From positions 140,312 through 204,311 of the IMG/VR virus record IMGVR_UViG_3300010885_076238: a DNA stretch of 64,000 nucleotides, one strand, 5' to 3'. Shown here in pieces: positions 9,364 to 17,545 of this stretch (its first letter is position 1; the number at the start of each line of letters is the position of its first letter). A program made the translations under genes and the position numbers. The notes under the pieces were generated by a model. That model ran no database searches. It saw nothing but the letters and a program-made list of their open reading frames with translations, and was not told the DNA's origin.

Positions 9364-9750
9364 ATGACCACTACAAATCGTTCCCCCTACACTGCCGCTG
9401 TACTTGAAGCCGACAGTCACACCACCCTAATGGGATGGGTTCGTGACAATCACGAAATCCCCGGCGATTTTCTGCTCAAGGGACACCATTGCACTGCCGA
9501 CACTAAGCCCGCCGCAAAAAGCTTGGCAGGCCATATGGTCGGCCAGCGTGTCGAACTGCGTGTTGTTCGATTCGGTCGGCTTGAAGGAATTATGGCAGTA
9601 GAAGTAGAAACTGTGATGCCATCGAAGAATACTCGAAAGCACGTTACGATTTGCCATGCACCCGATGTCAAGCCCATGATGTCAAACAGCATAGTCGAAT
9701 GGGTTGATGTGCAGCCGTTCATCCTGTACGGGGTAGTGCAGGAGGTGTAA
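9364..9750 (+). CDS. Hypothetical protein (possible 2H/PNK-associated-like fold)
   Basis: HHCT and HVT motifs; RBS AGGAG. Confidence 0.55.
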   Translation: MTTTNRSPYTAAVLEADSHTTLMGWVRDNHEIPGDFLLKGHHCTADTKPAAKSLAGHMVGQRVELRVVRFGRLEGIMAVEVETVMPSKNTRKHVTICHAPDVKPMMSNSIVEWVDVQPFILYGVVQEV

Positions 9751-9837
9751 AGGCGAACACCTAATGTCTATAAAGCGGTTGGCTAGATAGCATAAAATAA
9801 AAATTGATTTATTTCGTTATCTGATTAGGAGAAATTC

Positions 9838-10014
9838 ATGGAAAATTTCGTAGGAAAAACTGTTGCGTCGGTAGAGTACCCATCCAAGTACGCCCGAGTA
9901 GTTTTGACCTTTACTGATGGCACGAAGTTGCTTATAAAGGAAGTTGGGTACGAAGGTGAACTTGAGGTTCGAGTCGATGGAACTGTTGTGGAAGGCGAAG
10001 AGGATGGAGAGTAA
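9838..10014 (+). CDS. Small hypothetical protein (58 aa, absent from the ORF track)
   Basis: Promoter + AGGAG + MENFVGKTVASVEY... Confidence 0.6.
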   Translation: MENFVGKTVASVEYPSKYARVVLTFTDGTKLLIKEVGYEGELEVRVDGTVVEGEEDGE

Positions 10015-10025
10015 GTAAACACCTA

Positions 10026-10343
10026 ATGTCTATAAAAATGCAGTGGATTAGTTTTTTCGGCCCGCGCCGTCCAATCAACGGACAAAAGATTTTCTACTAC
10101 GGCGAGCATATCGGCGTTTGGAGTGGAACGTACAGCCTAGACTGGAATGATCCGGTTAGCCCCCATAGGATAATTTGTGGGGAAAAGCCAAGCAAGGAAA
10201 CCTCCGATGTATTGGCTGAGTACGGCTTGAACAATATCACCATGATTGTAGATCGAATGGATGCTCCTTGGTGGATGCCAGACGAGGGTCAGCCCAAGCC
10301 AGAAAAGCCAGATCAAAATTACCCGCCAGAATATCCAAAATAA
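10026..10343 (+). CDS. Hypothetical protein
   Basis: ORF overlapping the box at 10017. Confidence 0.6.
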   Translation: MSIKMQWISFFGPRRPINGQKIFYYGEHIGVWSGTYSLDWNDPVSPHRIICGEKPSKETSDVLAEYGLNNITMIVDRMDAPWWMPDEGQPKPEKPDQNYPPEYPK

Positions 10344-10380
10344 TTTTTAGTTCGGTTCGTTATACAAATAACAATACAAT

Positions 10381-10509
10381 ACGCGGCCTGCTGAAGTAGG
10401 TGGAACGTAACCACCTATACCAGTTCTGTGCGAGGAACTGGCAGGGGTAGTAGGGCAATCGCAAGCCCGAAATGAGAAAAGCCACAGCAATTACCACCGT
10501 GGCCCGCGT
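10381..10509 (+). ncRNA. Structured RNA 1 of cluster
   Basis: Closing acgcgg/ccgcgt; hairpins taggtgg/ccaccta, ccagttc/gaactgg, gggc/gccc, gccac/gtggc; follows a promoter. Confidence 0.65.
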
Positions 10510-10524
10510 AAAAATAATTTATTA

Positions 10525-10628
10525 CAATGCGTAGGTTAAGCGTTGAGCAGCCAGCGGTTGGCGGGAGTACTACCACAACCGTCCGTTAGACCAGCATAGG
10601 AAAGTGTGGGTAAAATCCCGCCGCATTG
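10525..10628 (+). ncRNA. Structured RNA 2 of cluster
   Basis: Closing caatgcg/cgcattg; internal cggttg/caaccg. Confidence 0.55.
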
Positions 10629-10650
10629 ATAATTTTAGTTATGTGATTAG

Positions 10651-10787
10651 AGAGAACAAGACAGGGGACGCAAGGTTGTTCGCGGCTGTCGAAGGCCAAG
10701 ACGGTTCGCTAAATAGACCTACGTTGAAGCAACATAGATCGCGTTCTGTGGCCGGTGCGACTCCGGGCGTCTCCTGTCCTGTTCTCT
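10651..10787 (+). ncRNA. Structured RNA 3 of cluster, with tRNA-like acceptor/T-arm end
   Basis: ~20-bp closing stem agagaaca-a-gacaggggacgc/gcgtctcctgtc-c-tgttctct; T-arm-like ccgg-tgcgact-ccgg. Confidence 0.65.
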
Positions 10788-10822
10788 TGAAAAATAATTT
10801 TCCTTTCTGTTCGTTATGTGAT

Positions 10823-10939
10823 TGTGGTGGGTTGCAAGGCCGGATGAACGGCTCCCCAATGGCTGTCATGAAAGCCGGGAAGTTGAATAGGTGGTCAAGT
10901 CGATGGTTTCAAACCAAAGGCGAATCCACTCACCCACAT
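10823..10939 (+). ncRNA. Structured RNA 4 of cluster
   Basis: Own CGTTAT promoter; closing tgtgg.tgggt/actca.cccaca; T-run at the end. Confidence 0.5.
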
Positions 10940-10961
10940 TTTTTCTTCTAATTTCTATATA

Positions 10962-11029
10962 CAGCAGAGAGAACTCGCCAAGAGGCCCAACGGCCACACT
11001 GGGAGAATTGGAGTAAGGAGCCTCTGCTG
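10962..11029 (+). ncRNA. Structured RNA 5 of cluster, or leader of the next gene
   Basis: Closing cagcagag/ctctgctg. Confidence 0.4.
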
Positions 11030-11047
11030 GGTTTCAAAGGAGTAAAT

Positions 11048-11203
11048 ATGTCAAAGCAAGAAATGATCGAAATTGTGGATTCTCAGGTCAAGTACGGACT
11101 GCCCAGAGAGGAAGCAATCCGCCTACTAGCTTTCTTTATGGACGAAGATGATCCAGAGAACAACGCAGAGATTTGGTTTCAGCAAAAAATCGGCGGCGGT
11201 TGA
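11048..11203 (+). CDS. Small hypothetical protein
   Basis: AAGGAG RBS, MSKQEMIEIVDSQ... Confidence 0.55.
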   Translation: MSKQEMIEIVDSQVKYGLPREEAIRLLAFFMDEDDPENNAEIWFQQKIGGG

Positions 11204-11248
11204 AAATAATTTCTGCCCTAATTCGTTATAAAATCAAGGAGATCATCA

Positions 11249-11473
11249 ATGACACTTGCAGAAGCCCGCAAGATGGCCCAAGAAGATGCTGACGATTATC
11301 AAGTCGTCGTCAATCTGATCTATGACAAACTCGCTGAGTACCCTGTGACTGACGATGGCGAGGACAACCGATACGGATTCTGTGCAGTAGGTGCTATGGA
11401 CATTATGTTTCCAGAATACCTCAAGGATTACTGGAACGTAGTGGGCGTGGTAAGCCCCAAGGGAGGAATATGA
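11249..11473 (+). CDS. Hypothetical protein
   Basis: Promoter + RBS. Confidence 0.65.
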   Translation: MTLAEARKMAQEDADDYQVVVNLIYDKLAEYPVTDDGEDNRYGFCAVGAMDIMFPEYLKDYWNVVGVVSPKGGI

Positions 11474-11658
11474 AAATGTTAGGAAGTTGCCATTGCGGAT
11501 CAGGCCAGCCTAGTTGGTGGGAAAACGATGCCAGAGGAATCCCTCTTGCAAGAATTTGCGAAAAGTGCAAAGAGGAAAAGCTGTCTAAGTACCGACCAGA
11601 AGTTCTGTCTAACTCAAACTACGAGGCAGACGAACCTATAGAGCCAGAAGATTACTAA
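11470..11658 (+). CDS. Small Cys-rich protein (CxCGSG...DARGI...CxxC)
   Basis: Zn-binding-type motif; coupled gene. Confidence 0.7.
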   Translation: MKMLGSCHCGSGQPSWWENDARGIPLARICEKCKEEKLSKYRPEVLSNSNYEADEPIEPEDY

Positions 11659-11673
11659 ACGGAGAGAATAATT

Positions 11674-11901
11674 ATGCAGGCGGACATAGCCACCTTGACC
11701 GTCAAGGCGAGGCAAAAGGCTCGCAAATGGGTCAAGGAAAGGCTGAAAATGCACCCCGGCAAGTTCGTGGTCAAACAAGGTGAGCAGTCTTGTCCTTGCT
11801 GGAACGGGGAAAACGCTATTCAGTTAGAGAACACGACCGACAGATGGAGCGGTTGGTTCCCCGTAACAGACATAGAAATCTCTAGCGACAATGAAAAATA
11901 A
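11674..11901 (+). CDS. Hypothetical protein
   Basis: GGAG RBS. Confidence 0.6.
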   Translation: MQADIATLTVKARQKARKWVKERLKMHPGKFVVKQGEQSCPCWNGENAIQLENTTDRWSGWFPVTDIEISSDNEK

Positions 11902-11927
11902 TTTTCACTTTTACTCGTTATCTATAT

Positions 11928-12158
11928 ATGGAACATTTAGGACATCAAAAATGGTGGTGCGACGTTTGCGACTCCAGGCAAGTGGATAGCAAAGATTCCA
12001 CAACTGGTTCGTACTATCAAGTAGCTGGCATGGAACATCCAGCCAGATCAAAAGAAGAAAAATGGACATCCATTATTTTCGCTGTCTGCTGCGAGTGTGA
12101 ACCAATCAAGGCTTTGCACAAAATCAAAGTCGAAAACCAAGTCGTTCGTAAAAATTAG
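11928..12158 (+). CDS. Small Zn-finger-like protein
   Basis: CxxC...CCEC. Confidence 0.55.
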   Translation: MEHLGHQKWWCDVCDSRQVDSKDSTTGSYYQVAGMEHPARSKEEKWTSIIFAVCCECEPIKALHKIKVENQVVRKN

Positions 12159-12284
12159 CTAATATACAAAATATTAATTAGCCAATAATTATTATTTTCA
12201 ACACCTGATGTTTATATGGAAACTAGACGGGGGCAATAAAATAATTTTCATTTCAAATCGTTATGTTCTTAGGAGGACAATGAA

Positions 12285-12467
12285 ATGAAAATTTGCACCA
12301 CCGATTCTATCTTGGAAAGCATCACTCAAAACAAGTTTGATGATGAATCCAATTCTCGTTCTGGCCGCATGAGTGGCGAAATGATGCGAATTGCCGACGA
12401 AGTCGAGCAAGAGCTAGAGGACGAGTTCATGGACGAGTGTGACGAGAGCAACAGGGAAGCGGCGTAA
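12285..12467 (+). CDS. Small acidic protein
   Basis: AGGAGG RBS; ends in -EAA. Confidence 0.6.
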   Translation: MKICTTDSILESITQNKFDDESNSRSGRMSGEMMRIADEVEQELEDEFMDECDESNREAA

Positions 12468-12555
12468 AGCCAGCATTTCCAAGGGTTTGCTGCTTGTCTC
12501 TTTTTTTTGGAAGCGCCGACCGACATTGGTCGTAGTTATCTCACAGGAGGAACCT

Positions 12556-12906
12556 ATGTATCGAAATTATGAAGAATACGAATCTGCTTTCGACAAGTTG
12601 CTAGATAACGCTCCTGCAAACGTCAAAATCAAAAAAAAGACGAGACAGGAGTTCGATTACGAAAATTATCGTGACAAGATCGAATGGTATTTGATGGAGG
12701 AATGGGGCACTGAGCCTTTCCACGAAATTTTCTTCGGCCATATCAGTGAGATCGAATCGGACGAGCCTACTCCCGAAGATTTTCGTGCAGAGGAATTGCA
12801 TGGCTGCGTCTATGACATCATCGACAGTTGCTACGAGAAGAAATTCAGCGTGAATCAGGCAGCGTCGAAAATTTATTTGTATTTGAAAAAAGAGAAGGCC
12901 ATCTAA
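12556..12906 (+). CDS. Acidic hypothetical protein
   Basis: AGGAGG RBS before ATG 12556. Confidence 0.65.
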   Translation: MYRNYEEYESAFDKLLDNAPANVKIKKKTRQEFDYENYRDKIEWYLMEEWGTEPFHEIFFGHISEIESDEPTPEDFRAEELHGCVYDIIDSCYEKKFSVNQAASKIYLYLKKEKAI

Positions 12907-12984
12907 TCAGGGCAAAATTTTTTTCGGTTCGGATCGTTATACCAATACAGGCCATGTGGCCTACTAACAAGGAGAAAAAGAAAA

Positions 12985-13341
12985 ATGCGTTTGACTGCGA
13001 AAGAAGCCGCCGAAAGGCTGAGTGTGAGTTATGTGATTGCCGCCGGTATTATGTCTTATCTTGAGGACACTGGTAAGGCCAAGGTTGTAGAGAAGAAGTT
13101 TCATGCAAGTGGGAAGGGTAAGCCAACCCGTGTCTATGAAGTAGATCAACTTACAGTGATTGACTTTGGTGATGCCGTTGCAAAGCCAGAAGTCGTGACG
13201 GTGACGGAGACAGTTGCAGTGACGGAGACGGTTGCGGTGACGGAGACGCTTCCAGCCGTGGCAGAGATTGCAGAGGATCGCGTCGAAACGCTGGATCATG
13301 TCGCTGCGGCTCTGGCTAGGCTGAAGTCTGAGGCTGCGTAA
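12985..13341 (+). CDS. Small winged-HTH-like protein, paralog 3
   Basis: N- and C-termini near-identical to 8960; VTETVA repeats in the linker. Confidence 0.75.
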   Translation: MRLTAKEAAERLSVSYVIAAGIMSYLEDTGKAKVVEKKFHASGKGKPTRVYEVDQLTVIDFGDAVAKPEVVTVTETVAVTETVAVTETLPAVAEIAEDRVETLDHVAAALARLKSEAA

Positions 13342-13522
13342 TACGCGCCCATAGGAATCCATCCCCCTCTGCTTCTCAATCGCGGAGGGGGGTGGATAAA
13401 CCTAAATTTGTGCTACTATAATAATACAACAATCGGCCGTCCGGCCGTGCCGCCACAAGCGCCACGGGTTGATTCCCCACGGGAGCCAGCCATCAAAGAC
13501 CGGCCCGCCGATTATTGCACAA

Positions 13523-13606
13523 GCCGAAGTGGCGGAATTGGCAGACGCGCCAGACTCAAAATCTGGTGTCCAAAAAGACGTGTGGGTTCAATTCCCACCT
13601 TCGGCA
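13523..13606 (+). tRNA. tRNA-Leu(CAA)
   Basis: GCCGAAG/CTTCGGC acceptor, CCAGA-CTCAAAA-TCTGG, long variable arm. Confidence 0.95.
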
Positions 13607-13691
13607 GTAACACCTACCGTTTATTATTAATTAATAATAAACCTATAAAATAATTAGTTCGCTCAATCGTTATTTGGTATGGAGGAAGGAT

Positions 13692-13868
13692 ATGTTTAGC
13701 AGGGAAGATTTACTTACAATTTTAGCGTGTTTGGAATGTAAAGAATACAACACGCAAGGCAAGATAGATTCAAGAGTTCCAGTAGAGGACGGCAAGAACG
13801 TCATCGACATCGTTGATATGTTGAACAGGATCGAAAAAATCAAAACTGTTATCAGGGATCAATTGTAA
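13692..13868 (+). CDS. Small hypothetical protein
   Basis: Promoter + GGAGG RBS. Confidence 0.55.
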   Translation: MFSREDLLTILACLECKEYNTQGKIDSRVPVEDGKNVIDIVDMLNRIEKIKTVIRDQL

Positions 13869-13937
13869 ATTCCTAAAATAATTAGTTCGCTCAATCGTTA
13901 TTTGGTATAGGGAAGATTTACTAAAAGAGAGAGTCTT

Positions 13938-14177
13938 ATGATTTTCAAACTGTTCAATGGAGCAAAAACTACAGAGGCTTGGAATCCTAATAGCCCTGAG
14001 TTTATTGACGATTGGAAACCGGAAGAACACATCATCAAGTGTCAGGCGGTTCAAGTTACTTACTGCAATCATATCAAAGTTCATGTTGACGATGATATGA
14101 TCGAGTTTCACTGGGACGAAGATGGCTTTATTGAACACGATGGCGTGTTTTATGGCGATTTCATCGTAGAAGGATAA
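13938..14177 (+). CDS. Hypothetical protein
   Basis: Promoter duplicated from 13647. Confidence 0.6.
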   Translation: MIFKLFNGAKTTEAWNPNSPEFIDDWKPEEHIIKCQAVQVTYCNHIKVHVDDDMIEFHWDEDGFIEHDGVFYGDFIVEG

Positions 14178-14184
14178 ATTACAA

Positions 14185-14856
14185 ATGTCTAACAACTATG
14201 TCACAATGAACATAAGAATGTATGCCTCCAAGCCAGATAAGGTTATGGAGCAAGTCATTCTAAATCTTGGATGGGAATGGTACTCAGCAAGCAAGGCTTG
14301 TGAATACGCCAGAAAAGTTATAAAGGGCAGATGGATCAAAGGCGAAAGAAAGATCAAGAAAAATCCATACTCCGCCTACTTTTATGCTCGCCATGTTATC
14401 GGAGGAAGATGGCCCGAAGCAGAAAATTTTATCTTGAAGGATGAACACGCCTCTTACTTGTACGCTAAGTATGTTCTCAAAGGCAGGTTTGAGAAAGCAG
14501 AGAAAAAGAGAGGGCTTTTCAAGTCGCCTAGAGAAATATACTTCTACTCCAAATACGTTATGAAGTCTAGGTGGAAAGAAAAAGAAAAGTCTATGGTAGA
14601 CTTTGTTGTAAAAAATACCTGGGGCTTTGAGAAGGTTTTCGACTACTGTATTCAGATCAGAAAAGAAAGATGGCCCCAAATTGAAGGCGAAATTGTAAAG
14701 TCCAGCAAAGAATACATCGGTCGTTATTTCAAATTATTGAAAGAAAAGGACAAGGAAGAATTTTATAATAAAGTTCTCGCCCAGTCTCTCGTAGAACCAA
14801 GAAGTTCTTGGCAACGAAACGAAGCCAGAGAATTTATCAAAACTATGAAAAACTAG
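14185..14856 (+). CDS. Helical repeat protein (YA..V.KGRW.EAE repeats)
   Basis: About five internal ~25-aa repeats. Confidence 0.7.
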   Translation: MSNNYVTMNIRMYASKPDKVMEQVILNLGWEWYSASKACEYARKVIKGRWIKGERKIKKNPYSAYFYARHVIGGRWPEAENFILKDEHASYLYAKYVLKGRFEKAEKKRGLFKSPREIYFYSKYVMKSRWKEKEKSMVDFVVKNTWGFEKVFDYCIQIRKERWPQIEGEIVKSSKEYIGRYFKLLKEKDKEEFYNKVLAQSLVEPRSSWQRNEAREFIKTMKN

Positions 14857-14878
14857 TTTGAACATACTATTATAAAGT

Positions 14879-15139
14879 ATGTATTCTGAAAAACATTGCA
14901 TCATTACAATAAATGGCGACGAGTGTACCGTAGAGGGAAAATGCCTACTGACCGATAAACGTCAATTTGTAAAAGTAGCAAAGGAAGATTATGAAAAATG
15001 GGTCAGGGGAGAAGGAGCTATAAAAACTCTTATGCCCTATCTAACCGAAAGCGAAATGAACTTTCTTGAACACGGCGTTACAGATGAAGGTTGGGGAAAA
15101 GTAGTAAGTCCAAAAATTTCAATCCCAAAAGCAGAGTAG
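14879..15139 (+). CDS. Hypothetical protein
   Basis: PYLT..E..FL..G.T..GW pattern. Confidence 0.6.
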   Translation: MYSEKHCIITINGDECTVEGKCLLTDKRQFVKVAKEDYEKWVRGEGAIKTLMPYLTESEMNFLEHGVTDEGWGKVVSPKISIPKAE

Positions 15140-15328
15140 CCCGCACAAATTTAGACGGCAATATCTTATAAATATTCTGCCTCGCATTCGTTACGACTAA
15201 AAACATATAAAATAATAATTGTCATAAAAATAAAAATCACCTGATGTTTATATGGTCAGCAGAAGGATAAAAATAATTTTCGATCCAGTGCGTTATGGAA
15301 ATATAAGTTCCACAACCGGAGAAAAGGT

Positions 15329-15574
15329 ATGACAAAGAGAGAGCAGCAGACGGTAAAAAGGATGCTGGAAACGGGCCGCGTGATTGATTTCCGTGACGAA
15401 CGCCGACCGGGGGAAGTCGCGGAGGATGGCAACGGCTTGTGGGCATACCTCAAACCTGGCCTGAGATGCAGTCTGTCCGACACCCACATTTGCCACGAAT
15501 ATACGGTGGCTGACCTAGCTCGTGCCGTCAAGTGGGCTGAACCGTGCAATTGCAACGAGTGCAATATAAAATAA
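15329..15574 (+). CDS. Hypothetical Cys-containing protein
   Basis: Promoter + RBS. Confidence 0.6.
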   Translation: MTKREQQTVKRMLETGRVIDFRDERRPGEVAEDGNGLWAYLKPGLRCSLSDTHICHEYTVADLARAVKWAEPCNCNECNIK

Positions 15575-15612
15575 TTTTCGATCCAGTGCGTTATCCCAGC
15601 AGAGGAGACAAT

Positions 15613-15768
15613 TATGCCAAACTGGTTTGAAGATCCCGCCGTTTTGGATAAGTGGACGATCATTGAAGTTCAGTTGGATGAAGCCGACTGTCAAGAATAC
15701 AACGAGTACCTTGACTGGCTTGAGGCAACAACCGGCGAACAAGAGATGCCAGAAGATTTTTCTTACTA
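15613..15768 (+). CDS. Small acidic protein (51 aa)
   Basis: Promoter + GAGGAG RBS, MPNWFEDP... Confidence 0.6.
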
Positions 15769-15819
15769 GTAAAAAATAATTTTCGATCCATTTCGTTATA
15801 GAAAACAGGAGAAAAAATA

Positions 15820-16140
15820 ATGATTACTGCAAAAAATGCGTTAGAAGCACTTTGTCGTGATGGACTCGCTACAAGTTGGACGAGGAAAACTGAGGGTAGC
15901 GGAAGGCTTCGCTACACAGATTACACTGTGAAAAGCGATGCCTTTTCCCTCTCAAACGAAACCTATGGACAAAGAAGTTTTTTATACTTTCGATGCAAAA
16001 GCCCAGAACTTACTTATCAAATAATCAAAGTTCTTCGTGAAAATGGAGGCAACCCAGGAACTAGTTGGAATGGTGGGCCTGAACAGGGACACATCGAAAT
16101 GCAAGTCAGTAGGTTCAAAGGTTGGCATTGGTGGGAGTAA
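15820..16140 (+). CDS. Hypothetical protein
   Basis: Promoter + AGGAG. Confidence 0.65.
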   Translation: MITAKNALEALCRDGLATSWTRKTEGSGRLRYTDYTVKSDAFSLSNETYGQRSFLYFRCKSPELTYQIIKVLRENGGNPGTSWNGGPEQGHIEMQVSRFKGWHWWE

Positions 16141-16405
16141 GAAGCACAAAAATAAAAATAAAGTCTAGCCCAACCTGCCCAATACATATTCATACAGAAT
16201 GGCAGGTTGGGCTTAGGTGCTTAAACACCTAGTGTTTATTATAAGAATAAATAAAAAATTGGGGTTGGGCGCATTTCTATCGCTCTTATCGCTGTGACAA
16301 TTTGATAACGATTCTTTTCAAAAATAATTTTCCCAAAAATTATTTTCCCTTTCGACCGTTGTGCAGTATGGCCGCGATTGAGACGGCCAAGCCAAATCGG
16401 GAAAC

Positions 16406-16987
16406 ATGAAAATGGATACGATGACTTCGGATCAGTTGGTTGACCGTCTGCTTGATCTGCGTGGTGCGAAGTGCGGCTTTCGCATGGTCGCTGAAACCCC
16501 GACCCGTCTGAATAAGACGATTCGTGATGCGGCGGGCAATCGCGTTCCGAACCCCGCCTACGGCACTACAAAGTTGTCGGAAGTGGAAGTGACGCTGAAC
16601 CCGATCCATCAGAACAACGTAAACGCTCAGAAAAAGCGTGAGGGACACGATCCCGATTACGTTGCTGGGCCTTGCCAGTGGGGCAAGCGTCTGTTTCGGG
16701 AGGATGGTACGGTCGTGCCGATTCGGATTCACGACGGCAAGCCGCATAGCATGGTCGTGAAGTTTGAGAGAACGATCCAACGCGAGTTCCTCCGCGACGG
16801 CAAGCCGGTTGATGCGGCATCGGCCGCAGAGATTGCAAAGCAGTTGGCAGAGAAGAATGAAAAGGCCAACGACGCTGCGGAAGAAAAGCAGGGCGTGGAA
16901 AAGCCGGTGATCCACTTGACCTACAGTTTCGAGAACATTCGTCAAGTCACGCTCGACGGCGTGGTTTACGAAATCACTAAGGGTTGA
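16406..16987 (+). CDS. Hypothetical cassette protein
   Basis: Promoter, leader hairpin, high-GC codon usage, downstream hairpin at ~16996-17026. Confidence 0.7.
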   Translation: MKMDTMTSDQLVDRLLDLRGAKCGFRMVAETPTRLNKTIRDAAGNRVPNPAYGTTKLSEVEVTLNPIHQNNVNAQKKREGHDPDYVAGPCQWGKRLFREDGTVVPIRIHDGKPHSMVVKFERTIQREFLRDGKPVDAASAAEIAKQLAEKNEKANDAAEEKQGVEKPVIHLTYSFENIRQVTLDGVVYEITKG

Positions 16988-17101
16988 CCGATCCGGCCCC
17001 TCCCCCTACTGGGGGAGGGGTTAGGGGATAAAGAATAATTTCCGATCCGGTTCGTTATCTAGTATGGCCGCGATTGAGACGGCCAAAAAAGGAGAGCGAT
17101 C

Positions 17102-17338
17102 ATGACCTACCTTCACGACATTCACCCCGCCGCGACGATCATCGAAAGCCCGTTCACCGGCCACAACGGCAGCGGAGTCGATGGATACGGCGGGAAAATC
17201 AAAACCGGATTCAAGGTCAGAATCAACAATCGACTCCATAGGCTCTACTGTATGTGCTGGTCGAACTCTGGCACACTTTGGGTCAACGTGGGCGGGAAGC
17301 AGATCATCGTTCACGAGCATCGGCATCCAAGGGAATAA
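17102..17338 (+). CDS. Conserved phage hypothetical protein (GYGGKI.T...RLY..CWSNSGT)
   Basis: Promoter, leader hairpin, AGGAG. Confidence 0.7.
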   Translation: MTYLHDIHPAATIIESPFTGHNGSGVDGYGGKIKTGFKVRINNRLHRLYCMCWSNSGTLWVNVGGKQIIVHEHRHPRE

Positions 17339-17545
17339 AATCCCATTCATCAAACACCTGATGTTTATATAGCGGCGGACGAGCCGCGCCGAGCCTGGGC
17401 TGGGCGCATTTCTATCGCTCTTGTCCCTCTGACATTTTGATAACGAATTAGATGGAAAAAAATTTTGGCCAAAATTATTTTGGCTTTCGACCGTTATGCA
17501 GTATGGCCGCGATTGAGACGGCCAGCCTTAGTGGGAGATTGAATC

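Noticed and set aside
10604-10951. 115-aa ORF across the ncRNA cluster
   Set aside because: No RBS, crosses a promoter, atypical composition; RNA stems explain the region better.
16223-16245. Xer dif-like site
   Set aside because: Only the TAATGTTTAT part resembles dif; the 11-6-11 XerC/XerD arms are not present.
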